Shown here: positions 40,882 through 51,548 of the stretch, one piece after another
How the letters are laid out: each line of letters begins with the position of its first letter
How positions within the stretch are numbered: the first letter of the stretch is position 1
Source: an uncultured Chloroflexia bacterium
GTDB taxonomy: Bacteria; Chloroflexota; Limnocylindria; Limnocylindrales; CSP1-4
Length of the DNA stretch: 64,000 nt
Direction of reading: 5' to 3'
Assembly: GCA_963816135.1 (NCBI GenBank)
Contig: CAWFJD010000017.1
Location: 13,064 to 77,063, forward strand
The notes under the pieces: generated by a model
The model's database searches: none
What the model saw: only the letters and a program-made list of their open reading frames with translations
What the model was told of the DNA's origin: nothing
Program-made: the position numbers and the translations under genes

Positions 40882-41925
40882 TCAGCTATCCCAGAGGACC
40901 CGGACGTCGTGGCGGATGCCGGGCAGGGGCATGGACGCGGCTTCGGCCTCTACGGCCTGGCGCTCCGTGGCTGAGAGCCGCCGCCACGACTCGACCGTGA
41001 CGTCGGTTTGGGAGCGCCGCCACGTGCCAGCGAGTTCGCCTTCCACCAGAACCGCGCCGGGCCAGACCCGAGGAGTCCACAGCCGGCGGCGGTTCTCGGC
41101 GTCCGGGACGAGCAGTTCGCGATCCACTCCCTGCAGGAGGGTGTAGGCGTCGCCGCTCGGGAGCAGTCGCGCCGGCGCCGGGGCTTGCGCCGGTCTGGCC
41201 GCGGCGAGGAATCCCGGCTCGTCCTCGGTGAGGATCCACGCATCGCCGGCCGGTGTCCGGACGGCCAACACTGCTCCCCCAAGAGCGTCGAACGCGGCCC
41301 GACCCGCCGACGGCGGCCTGATGCCTGCCCACGCGGCGAACGCGGCGGGCGTCGCGGGACCGAAGATGTGCAGATACCGGCGCGCGAGCTCGAGCCGAGC
41401 TTCCCGGGGATCTACCGCGGGCGCCGGGACGGTCCAGACGGTGGGTGAACGCGCCCCGTCCCAGCGGATCAGCACGGTGCCCGACGGCGCCGCGTACCGC
41501 AGGCTGTTTGGGTTCAGGCCGAGCGCGTGTCCTGCCTCGCCGTAGCTCATCCTCGAGCCGTTCAAGAAAGCATGTAGCCGGCCGGCGTACTCGTCGGCCC
41601 TGCGTCGCAACTCCCCGCCTTCCGCGAGCCGTCCCAGCGAGAACCAGGCCCGATCGCTCGCGGCGACGACGTAGACGCTCCAGCGCGGCCCCCAGAGCTG
41701 CACGAGTGAGGGGTCTTCCCAGGCCTGCGGCCCGGTCTCGCGGACTCGGGCGTGGATCGAAAGGACGGCGGCGCGCGGCACACTGTCCTGCAGGCCTGCC
41801 CAGGCGGCGCGCCGCAGAGACTCGGGGCCGGGCGGCAGCCGCTCGTCGAGCGCACCGACGGACCGGCGGTGGGCGAGGATCTGGTCCCGCGTCAACTCCA
41901 GACGAGTCACGGTCACGCCGCTCAT
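40882..41925 (-). CDS. winged-helix YcaQ-family protein (AlkZ-like DNA glycosylase family)
   Basis: Intact 347-aa ORF. ILAHRRSVGALDERL, AVLSIHARV, VQLWGPRWSVYVV, RYLHIFGPATPAAFAAWAGI and LLPSGDAYTL match the DUF1006/YcaQ pattern. Confidence 0.8.
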   Translation of the reverse strand: MSGVTVTRLELTRDQILAHRRSVGALDERLPPGPESLRRAAWAGLQDSVPRAAVLSIHARVRETGPQAWEDPSLVQLWGPRWSVYVVAASDRAWFSLGRLAEGGELRRRADEYAGRLHAFLNGSRMSYGEAGHALGLNPNSLRYAAPSGTVLIRWDGARSPTVWTVPAPAVDPREARLELARRYLHIFGPATPAAFAAWAGIRPPSAGRAAFDALGGAVLAVRTPAGDAWILTEDEPGFLAAARPAQAPAPARLLPSGDAYTLLQGVDRELLVPDAENRRRLWTPRVWPGAVLVEGELAGTWRRSQTDVTVESWRRLSATERQAVEAEAASMPLPGIRHDVRVLWDS

Positions 41926-42261
41926 TTCCGCCGTGCCGAACTAACCCGGGGCGATAGTTTCGGGCCTTCCACCGAACGTAATCGGTCCGTGGCCGGGTAT
42001 ACTACGCCTGCTCTGAATACGTCTATCATTCCGGTCGCTCAGTGGCCCCTGGCGGGGTCAAGGTCGCTTCCAAAGGCCCAGCAGGAGGCCGTCACACACC
42101 TCCGGGTCCCCGGGCGAAGATCGTAATCCGAGGTCATAAGCTCCGCCACCCCTCGACCACCCGACGCTTATCCGCGTGAGCCAGCGTGTTCTCGCGGATC
42201 CGGGCCGGCAGGCCGGGACACACACCCAGTTCCTTGCACGCAGCCCTTGAGGAGACCAGCG

Positions 42262-44110
42262 ATGTCGCAAGCACGAGACAGTTTCGTCGAAGCGAAGCTG
42301 TCGAAGATGAGCCTGGCTGAAAAGTGCGGCCAGGTCCTCACCTTCACCTGGCGCGGGGCTTACCTCACGCCATCCGGGATCGAGCAGATCACCAGTCTCC
42401 ACGCCGGCGGCCTGTGCCTCGAGCCCTACGCGCTCGAGACCTGCAAGAACCTGTACTGGGGCCGGTCGCAGGTCGATCCCAACTTCAAGAAGCCGAAGGA
42501 TTACTTCGACATCGCCCACACCTACTTCGACGATCGCAGCTTCGGCGTGAGCGTGACGCCCGAGGAGCTCACCGTCGCCCTCAACCGGCTGCAGGAAATC
42601 GCGATGAACCGGCCGTCGGGCATTCCGCTCCACGTCACGATCGACATGGAAGGCGATTTCAAGAACGACTACACCTCCGGCCACGTCGTCCAGTTCCCGC
42701 CCCCCATGGGCATGACCGCCATCGGCGACCTCGACCTCGCCTACAAGGTCGCCTTCACGCTCGGCAAGCAGATGGCCGCGATCGGCGTGACGCAGTTCTA
42801 TCACCCCGTCTGCGACGTCAACATCAACCCGCTGAACCCTGAGATCGGCGTCCGCTCCTTCGGCGACGATCCGCAGGTCTGCGCGCGATACGTCGCGGCG
42901 ACGGTCCGCGGCTATCAGGACGCGGGCATCGTCGCGACCGTCAAGCACTTCGCCGGCCGCGGCGATTCGGCGACCGACGCGCACGACACGCTGGACGTCT
43001 GCCGGGGCGACCTGAAGCGGATGAAGGAAGTCGAACTGGTCACCTTCCAGGCCGGCATCGATGCGGGCGCGAAGGCGCTCATGACGGCCCACACGATCTT
43101 CCCCGCCTACGACAAGGAATATCCGGCCACCCTGTCCACCAAGATCCTCACGGGTCTGCTCCGAGGCGAAATGGGATTCAACGGCGTCGTCGTTTCGGAC
43201 GCCATCGGCATGGCCGCCATCCTGAAGAAGTGGCCGCTGCCGCTGGCCTGCGCGATGGCCATCAAGGCCGGCGTGGACACCATCCTTCTCAAGGCGGACG
43301 ACGAGTCCCGCGCGCAGTGCTTCTTCGGCATCAAGAGCGCCGTCGAGCGCGGCGAGCTTTCCGAAGAGCGGCTCAACGGACGCCGTCCGGCGGCTCCTTC
43401 GCATGAAGTACGACCAGGGCCTGTTCGAGAAGGCCGGCAAGAATGGATCCGGCCGAGACCCGCGGCCAATGTCCAGAGCGCCGAGGTCCAGGGTTTCTCG
43501 CGGGAAGTCGCCGAGAAGGCCCTGCTCGTCGTGCGCGACGACAAGAAGCTGCTGCCGCTCAAGCAAGGACAAGAAGATCCTCGTCATCGAGCAGGTCATC
43601 CCGTACTCCTTCCTCGGCAAGGACCTGTACAGCCATCCGCACATGTTCTGCGAGCAGATGGCCAAGCACTCGATCAACCTCATCCTCGACGACACCGCCT
43701 TCTATGCCACCGACGAGGATGTGGAAGAGGCGCTGGAGCTGGCCAAGCAGGCGGATCTGGTCGTGATGACGAACTACTACGCCCGCATCGAGAAGCGCGG
43801 CAACAACCAGCACCTGGTCAGGGCGTTGAAGGAGGCCGGGCACAAGGTGGTCGTCGTGACCAACTTCCCGTACCGCCGAGGCACCACGAAGGAAGCGGAT
43901 GCGGTCGTCTGCAACTTCTCCGGCTCGCCGGACTCCATCCGGGCCGCGGCAGATCTGCTGTTCGGGGCGATCAAGGCTCACTCGACGACGAAGATGCCGA
44001 TGGACCTGAGCGCGGAAGAGAACCTCCCCGACGAGGTCGCGATGGCTGCCCCCAAGAAGCCCACGAAGAAGGCCGCCAAGGCCGGCAATCCGTGGGGAGG
44101 CAAGTGCTAG
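42262..44110 (+). pseudogene. glycoside hydrolase family 3 (beta-glucosidase/beta-hexosaminidase type), 3 or more frameshifts within 43380-43580
   Basis: ATG 42262 lies 7 nt after GAGGAG. The GH3 N-domain is present: MSLAEKCGQVL, IDMEGD, NPEIGVRSFGDDP, KHFAGRGDSATDAHD, GFNGVVVSDAIGM (nucleophile D). The C-terminal alpha/beta domain continues in ORF 43403..44110 (KKILVIEQVIP...VVVVTNFPY...). Confidence 0.85.
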
Positions 44111-44224
44111 GCTGCGCGCCTGTCGACGCGCCGTCGCCGGATCACTACTGGCGATAGAAAGGACAGCGCCTGCGGGATTCATGCCCGCAGGCGCTCCTTG
44201 ATAGACCGGGGAGCGAAAGCAAAG

Positions 44225-46773
44225 ATGCCGAAACCCGCCGCCTTCGACGTGCGTGACATCTACACCATCTCGGGGCCCAGGATCGCCGCCATCTACGAGC
44301 AGAACAAGATGGCGGTCCACTTCCAGGGCATGTCCAAGACCCTGCAGTTCCCGCAGACGGTGGCCCTGCAGGGCGCGCCCACGTGCTCGATCGGCATTTC
44401 CCCCTACGGCCTTTACAACCGCTTCAACGACGCCGGCCGGCTCATCATGCTGAACCAGAAGGCGGTTCAGTTCGGCTCCGCGCCGTTCGTCCGCATCGGC
44501 GACAAGTGCACGCTGCTGACCCAGAAGCAGCCGGCGGCGGACGAGGTCCCGGACGACATCCCGCGCGTCAAGAACTACTACCACCCCCCGATTGCGGAAC
44601 GAAATCTCTCGCTCACCATCGCCACGCCGTCCGCTGGAGATGGCCTTCAAGATCGGCAAGATCAAGATCGTCCGCCGGCTGATCTCGCCGCTGCTCTCGG
44701 GCAACGACCAGACGCTGATGCCGTTCGGCGTCGAGGAATTCGAGGTCGAGAACACCTCGGATTCGGCCAAGGAGGTCACGCTGGTCGTGCCGCGGCCGTC
44801 CCTGGTCAACCTCCAGGAGAAGGAGCTCAAGCCGACCGACCAGGACAGCGTCTACGTGTCCACGGCGGCGGTCAGCGGACAGGAGCATGAGGAGTTCTGG
44901 TCGGCGGGCGTCCGCGGCGTGGTCATGGGCAGCACGGAAACCCCCAACCGCATGGTGCTGGCGGTCCCGGTGATACCCGGCGTCGCGATTGACACGCAGC
45001 CGTATTTCTGCCTGAACCGATACACGGGCGACCTGCTGCTCAACGACGACGGGAGCTTCTACGAGAAGCGCCCCCCGATGCTGCGCAGCGATTACGGCTC
45101 CGCCGTCAGCCTGACCTTCACCGTGCCGCCGAAGGCGTCGAAGAAGATTCCCGTGGCCGTCGTGCTGGACTTCCCCGAGCAGGTCTACATCGACGGCACG
45201 ACGTTCGAGCGCAAGTACGTCAAGAATTTCGAGAACGCCGAGACGCGAGCGGTGGACATGGCCAAGCTCGCCCTGGAAAACTATCCGCAGTGGTGGGACC
45301 GGACGGTGGCGATCCAGAAGCGCATCTTCGATTCGATCACGTCCAGCGCCTCCTACCGAACGACCGAGCCGGCGCCCTGCGCCTGACCCGGCTGATCCTC
45401 AACGAACTCCATTTCCCGCTCTCCAACGCCATCGTCTGGGTCGAGGACGAAAAGGGCCATGAGCGCGCCCGGTTCCTGGAATGCTTCGACTACGCCTACA
45501 TCGATCCGTCGGACGTGGACTGGTATTCGATGGTGCTGCTGATGCTCTTCCCGAGGGTGGAAAAGGATCTGTGCCAGGGCTTCATCGATTCGATCCAGGC
45601 CGAGGATCCCACGCCGCGCTGGTACCACTTCCACGCCTCGTTCGTCGAAGCCAGGAAGCACTTCCAGGAGCATCCCGAGGAATACGAAGGCGTGTCGCTG
45701 ACCCAGATTCGCGACGCCTTCAAGACCAAGGGCAGCGTCGCCCACGACCTCGGCGCGATGCCCAAGGGCCATCCGCTGCGCAACGTGAGCGATTACGCCT
45801 GGTACAACAACAATTACTGGGTGGACCTGTTCCCGAAGCTGATGATGCGGGTCCTGCGCAACGTGAAGTTCACCGGCGACATCGAGTTCCTGAAGAAGAA
45901 CTGGGAGACGCTCAAGTTCGGCCTGGAGTCCCTGCTCAAGCTCGACTTCGACGACGACGGCATGCCCGAGGGCTATCCGGACGACGTGAAGAACACCTTC
46001 GACAACCTGGTGCTCTTCGGCGCCGACGCCTACGACGCCACGCAGTTCCTCGGCGGCTGCCAGGCCATGATCAAGATGGCGCAGATGCTCAAGGACAAGG
46101 CCGGCGAGGCGCGCATCCAGCGAGGTCTTCGACAAGGGCTGGAACAGCCTCGAGAAGCTGTGGCGCGACGAGAAGAACAAGAAGGGCGAGAAACTCCAGT
46201 ACTACATCACCTGCTTCGATCCCGAGACCGGAAAGACCAACACCGACGTCTGGACCAACCAGCTCGACGCCCTGTGGTACCTGATCTCCATCGGCGAAGA
46301 GCCGCTCATCCCCGAAGACCGCGCCAAGAAGATTCTCAAGACGATCTACCGGAACAACCGTTCCTTCATGGGCTGGGCCATGTGCAAGACCGAGAACGGC
46401 AGACGCGTGGAGTCGGACCAGGGCAAGGACGTCTATACGACCTCCAACTACGTCTTCGCCCAGTTGCTGGACTACTACGGCATGACGAAGGAGAGCAAGG
46501 AGGTCTACAAGCACATGGACCGGGTCGTCTTCGATTACGCCAATTCGATGATCACCCCGGACAACCTCCGGGCCGAATTGGAAAAGGAAGCGGGCGAGAC
46601 CAAGCCCGGCCCGCATTACATCGTCGCCGCCTATCCGCGGCCCGGGCGCCGTCTGGACGCATCTGGTCCTGAACCACGTCAAGGACCTGCAGGCGAAGAC
46701 CGAATCCAAGACCGTTGACTCGAGCAAGTTGATCCCGTTCTTCCCCGAGCTTCTGAACGGTCCGGGTAACTAG
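44225..46773 (+). pseudogene. GH116-type (GBA2-like) beta-glucosidase, 4 or more frameshifts
   Basis: The GBA2-type N-terminal beta-sandwich lies in ORFs 44198 and 44592 (FEVENTSDSAKEVTLVVPRPSLVN). The (alpha/alpha)6 catalytic part is ECFDYAYIDPSDVDWYSMVLLMLFP...SVAHDLGAMP...YAWYNNNYWVDL...DDDGMPEGYPDDVKNTFDNLVLFGADAYDATQFLGG...WTNQLDALWY. The stop is at 46771-46773. Confidence 0.75.
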
Positions 46774-46851
46774 GGCCGGCCGGCCGCCGTCCACAGCGCC
46801 GGCGGCACGCGGTTCATCGATGACCAACCCTCCAGCCAGCAATGGATTGAG

Positions 46852-47743
46852 ATGCCCAAGACATACGACATCACCTTCGTCGGGCACATGTGCTACGACG
46901 AGATCATCCCGTTCGGCGGAAAGCCGCACGTCGCTCCGGGCAGCGCCGTGCTGTGCGGCGCCATGGTCGCCGCCCGCGTCGGCAAGAAAGTCGCCGCCGT
47001 GGTGAAGATGGCCACGAAGGACGAGGACATCCTCCAGCCGATGAAGGATGTCGGCGTCGACACCTACCTCATTCCGAGCGACGAGACCACCTACTCCCGG
47101 GTGTTCCACGAGTCCGCCAACGTCGACGAACGCAAACTGACCCTCGTCAAATCCGCCGGCCTGATCTCCATCGACGACGTCCCGGCCCTCGAGACCCGCT
47201 GCGTCCACCTGGCCGGGATCTCGGACACCGAATTCGACATGGCGCTCATGAAGGGCCTGAAGGCCCGGGGCTACAGCCTGTCGGCCGACATGCAGAGCTT
47301 CGTCCGCCACGTGACGCCGGTACGCGACATCGAGTTCAGCGACGTGGCGAACAAGAAGGAAATCGCGGCCATGATGGACAAGCTCAAGCTGGACGTCGTG
47401 GAGGCCCGGATCCTGACCGGCACCGACGATCTGGAGAAGGCCGCCGTCATCGTCGAGACCTGGGGCTGCCCGGAGATCATGATCACGCACTCCCAGGCGT
47501 CCTGGCGCGGGTGAAGGGCAAGACGCTACTACGAGAAATTCTCGAACAACAGCAACGTTCGGGCCGGACCGGCCGCGGCGACACGACCTTCTCGGCGTAT
47601 CTGTCCTGGCGGCTGGACCACGAGCGCTCGAATCGCTGAAGTTCGCCGCCGCGCTGGTCTCGATCAAGATGGAAACCCCCGGCCCGTTCCAGGGAACCAT
47701 GGAAGACGTCGCCGTGCGACTGCGCGAGGCGCACGCGTCCTGA
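46852..47743 (+). pseudogene. PfkB-family carbohydrate kinase, 2 or more frameshifts near the 3' end
   Basis: YDITFVGHMCYDEI...VHLAGISDTEFD...LKLDVVEARILTG are PfkB blocks. The anion-hole block GRTGRGDTTFSAYL and the end KFAAALVSIKMETPGPF...stop at 47741-47743 are in other frames. Confidence 0.8.
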
Positions 47744-47787
47744 CCCTGGGTCCAGTGGCCGCCGTTGGTTCGGCCGCCGGCAGGAGT

Positions 47788-48685
47788 TTACGCCGATCCG
47801 CGCTGCCTGGCCGCGCCGGCGATGGCGGTGATGTGGAGCGGCGTCGTGCCGCAGCATCCGCCCACGATCGTCGCGCCGGCCTCGATCAGCTGCGCCACCC
47901 GCGACGACATGTACTCGGGCGTCTCCGCGTAGACCGTCAGGCCGTCCACGAGTTCCGGGATCCCCGCGTTCGCCTGGGCCAGGATGGGCCGGTCGGGTAC
48001 CGCGGCCCGCATCTGCCGGACGATCTCGATCATGTTGTCGATCCCGTTCCCGCAGTTCGTGCCGATGACGTCGGCGCCGGCCGCCGCCGTTTCGCGCGCG
48101 GCGACCTCCGGGCTGAGGCCCATCATCGTTCTGTAGCCGCGCCGGCCCGCGGCGAAGCTGAACGTGCACAGGATCGGCAGGCTGGTGTGCTCCCGTGGCC
48201 GCGCGGACCGCTTCGAGCGCTTCGGCGAGTGAGCTCATGGTCTCCACGCAGATCGCGTCGACGCCGCCGTCGGCGAGGGCCTCGACCTGGACCCGAAACG
48301 CCTCGTACAGCTCCGCCGGCGTGACGTCGCCACCCTCGTCGCGAAGGATCTGGCCGGTCGGACCGACGGAACCGGCGACCAGCTTGCCGCTGCCCGCCGC
48401 CTCGCGAGCGAGCACCGCCGCGGCCCGATTCAGCTCCCAGGCGCGGTCGGCCAGGCCGTGACGCGCCAGCTTGAGAGGCGAACCGCCGAACGAGTTGGTC
48501 AGAACCATGTCCGAGCCCGCGGCGAGATAGGCCTCGGCCACTCCTCGGACCACTTCGGGTCGCGACAGATTCCACGCCTCGGGGCTCGTGCCGGCGGGCA
48601 GGCCCTGCGACTGCAGGAGAGAGCCCATGGCACCGTCCGAGATCAGGATTCCGCCCGCGGAAAGGCGTTCGAGCAAGGCAGGCAT
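47788..48685 (-). pseudogene. stand-alone homocysteine S-methyltransferase domain protein, one frameshift about 48190
   Basis: ATG 48685 opens MPALLERLSAGGILISDGAMGSLLQSQGL...VLTNSFGG...DAICVETM. After the shift come ...LPILCTFSFAAG...VIGTNCGNG...IVGGCCGTTPLHI (zinc ligands). It covers the S-methyl_trans (MetH Hcy-module/MmuM/BHMT) fold only. Confidence 0.8.
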
Positions 48686-48793
48686 GGCGACCCTCAGTTT
48701 CGGCTGGACACGCGAAATGAAACAAGGACGGTCGTGTTTCACCTCTATGATCGTCCCCGGACCCCTTTAGTGTCGAGGAGGCGGACTCCGGTA

Positions 48794-49453
48794 ATGGACC
48801 AATTGTCGAGCCTGCGCGAAGCAATTCTGATAGGCGACGCAACCGCGGCCGGCAGCGCGGCGCAAATAGCCGTCGCGGCCGGCGTCCCCCCAGTTGACGT
48901 GATCGCCGACGGCATCAGCCCGGCGATGGCGGAGGTGGGCCGCCTCTTCGAAGAGGGCGAGTATTTCGTGCCCGAGCTCCTCATCGCGGCCCGGGCCACG
49001 AAGGAGGTCTTCGCCATCCTGCGGCCGCTCCTTGCCGAGACCGGGGCGAAGCCGGCCGGCCGCGTCCTCCTCGCCACCGTCGAGGGCGACCTGCACGACA
49101 TCGGCAAGAACCTCGTCGGGGCCATGCTCGAGGGCGCCGGGTTCGAGGTGACGGACCTTGGCGTTGACATCTCGGCGTCGCGCTTCGTCTCGGCCGTCAA
49201 GGAGGCTCAGCCGCAGATCGTCGGTCTGTCAGCGCTTCTCACCACGACGATGCCCGCGATGAAGACGACGCTCGAGGCTCTCGACGCCGCCGGGCTGCGA
49301 TCCGGCGTCAAGGTGATGGTCGGTGGCGCGCCGGTGACGCAGCGATACGCGGACTCGATCCGAGCCGACGGCTACGGCGAGACCGCCACGGCCGCCGTGG
49401 ACCTCGCCCGGCGGTTGATCCAGAGCCAGGACCTCGAAGCGAGCCGGGGATAG
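48794..49453 (+). CDS. corrinoid (B12-binding) protein of a methyltransferase system
   Basis: Intact 219 aa. The N-terminal cap is LREAILIGDA...GISPAMAEVGRLFEEGEYFVPELLIAA. The Rossmann domain carries VLLATVEGDLHDIGKNLVGAMLEGAGFEVTDLG (DxHxxG) and SALLTTTM...VKVMVGGAP. Confidence 0.9.
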   Translation: MDQLSSLREAILIGDATAAGSAAQIAVAAGVPPVDVIADGISPAMAEVGRLFEEGEYFVPELLIAARATKEVFAILRPLLAETGAKPAGRVLLATVEGDLHDIGKNLVGAMLEGAGFEVTDLGVDISASRFVSAVKEAQPQIVGLSALLTTTMPAMKTTLEALDAAGLRSGVKVMVGGAPVTQRYADSIRADGYGETATAAVDLARRLIQSQDLEASRG

Positions 49454-49457
49454 CGCC

Positions 49458-50494
49458 ATGCACGACGAGCACTGGAACCAGCTTCTGGCGGTCATCCGTG
49501 GCGAGGTGCTTCACCCGCTGCCGACCGGTTTCATCATCGACAGCCCCTGGCTGCCCAGATGGGCCGGGCACACGATCCTCGACTACTTCACCGACGAGCG
49601 GGTCTTTCTCGAGGACAACCTCAAGGCCATCGATACGTTTCCCGACACGATGTTCCTGCCCGGCTTCTGGTCCGAGTACGGAATGTGTACGGAGCCCTCC
49701 GCCTTCGGCTCGATCCCGGTCTGGGAGGAGAACGAGTTCCCGTTCACCAAGAAGGTCCTTCATTCGATCGCCGACGTGGACGCCCTGGAGCTGCCAAACC
49801 CCCGCAAGAACGGCTTGCTGCCCTTCGTGATCAAGCGACTCGAGCACCTCCAGCCGGAGATCGAGAAGCGCGGGCACAAGATTCGCTTCGCCGCCGCCCG
49901 AGGTCCGCTGAACATCGCCACATTCCTGATGGGCACGACGGAATTCCTGACGGCGATCAAGACCGACCCCGAAGCGATGCACCGGCTGCTGAACACGGTG
50001 ACGGACTACCTGGTCGACTGGATTGCCTACCAGCGGGAATGCTTCCCGACGATCGACGGGATCCTCCTTCTCGACGACATCGTCGGCTTCATCAGCCGCC
50101 GCGACTTCGAGATCTTCGGCCTGCCCTACCTCCGCCGGGCGTTCGACGCCGACGTTTCGGTCAAGTTCTTCCACAACGACGCGCCGTGCAAGGCGTCCGC
50201 GCCTCTCCTGGCCGACGCGGGTATCAACCTGCTCAACTTCGGCATCCAGCACTCCATCACCGACATGAGGACCTGGACGGGCGGCCGGATCGCGCTGCTC
50301 GGCAACATCCCGCCCCGCGACGTGCTCGCCGACGGCACGCCCGAGGACGTCGAGACGCGCGGTGACGGAGATGCTCGGCGTGCTCGATGACCGGTCGCGC
50401 CTCATCGTTTCGTGCGGCGGCGGCATGTCGCCCGGGACTCCCGACGGAGAACATCCGGGCGCTGATCTCCACCGTGGGGCGGCTGACCTCTTGA
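49458..50494 (+). pseudogene. uroporphyrinogen-decarboxylase-fold (MtaA/CmuA-like) methyltransferase 1, 2 frameshifts (about 50357, about 50448)
   Basis: It is continuous for 300 aa (SPWLPRWAGHTILDYF...GPLNIATFLMGTTEFLTAIKTDPE...ILLLDDIVGFISRRDFEIFGLPYLRRAF...FFHNDAPC...LLGNIPPRDVL). The end, AVTEMLGVLDDRSRLIVSCGGGMSPGTP...stop at 50492-50494, is in shifted frames. Confidence 0.8.
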
Positions 50495-51530
50495 CGAACC
50501 TGCGTGCCTTCGTGCAGTCGAGCCCGCGTCCTCTGGTGATGCCGATCGGCGCGTTCGCCGGCCTGGCACTGACCGGGGCGAGTGTTCGCGACGTCGTCTC
50601 CGACCCTCATGCGCAGGCGGCGGCAGCGCTGGCGCTCCGCGAGCGGCTCGGCACGCCGTTCTTGCTGACCGCGATGGATCTGAGCGCCGAGGCGGAAGCG
50701 TTCGGTTCTTCGGTGCGGCTCAGCGACGACGAGATGCCGGCGCTGACCGGCCGGCTCGTGACGACGGCCTCCGAGGTCGAGCGGCTGGCGGTGCCGGCGC
50801 CCGGCGATCGGCGGACGCGCGTCCATCTCGATGCCGCGGCGCTGCTGGTCGGCTCGGTCGCGGCCGCCGACTCGGTCGGCTCGGTCGACCGCGGCCGCGC
50901 CGGTCGCTCGGCGGGATGATCGGCCCGTTCTCGCTCGCGGCCCGGCTGTTCGGCGTCGCGGAGGCGCTCGAGGCGACCCTGGCCGAGCCGGCGGTGATCC
51001 TGGCCCTTCTCGAGCGGATCACGCCTTTCCTCGTCGACTACGCCCTCGAGTTCCGTCGAGTCGGCGCCGCCGGGGTCATCGTCGCCGAGCCGGCCGCGGG
51101 ACTCCTGTCGCCGGGCGGATTGAGCCGTTTCTCCACGCCGTTCGTGAAGCGGATCGTGGAGGCCGTCCAGGACCCGACGTTCGCCATCGTGCTGCACAAC
51201 TGCGGCGCGAAGCTCGTGCATCTGGACAAGATCCTGGAAGCCGGCGCCGAGATGTACCACTTCGGGGCGCCGATGGATCTGCCGGCCGCGCTCGCCCGGG
51301 TAGACGGCCGGGCGCTCATCGGCGGCAACGTGGATCCGGCCTTCATCCACGCCGGGCCGCCCGCCGCCGTTCGTGCCGAAGCGGTCCGGCTTCTCGAGCT
51401 GACTTCGGGAAATCGGAACTTCGTCCTCTCGTCGGGCTGTGACCTGGCACCGGGCACGCCGCTCGAGAACGTCGAGGCGCTCTGCGCGGCCGTAGCCTCG
51501 GACGAGCGGCCGTCGGAGCTGGCCCGGTGA
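50491..51530 (+). pseudogene. uroporphyrinogen-decarboxylase-fold (MtaA-like) methyltransferase 2, 1 or more frameshifts about 50840-50915
   Basis: A possible TTG start overlaps the upstream stop (TTGA). The N-part is PIGAFAGLALTGASVRDVVSDPHAQAAAALALRERLGTPFLLTAMDLSAEAEAFG. The C-part (ORF 50916..51530) is GPFSLAARLFG...VIVAEPAAGLLSP...VLHNCGAK...IGGNVDP...VLSSGCDLAPGTP. Confidence 0.75.
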
Positions 51531-51548
51531 CGGACCTGCGCGTCTCGA

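Noticed and set aside
42028-42046. CATTCCGGTCGCTCA resembling an internal segment of the MITE-like element (CATTTCGGTCGCTCA).
   Set aside because: This is only a 15-mer with one mismatch, and the similarity does not extend on either side. It is compatible with chance in GC-rich DNA.
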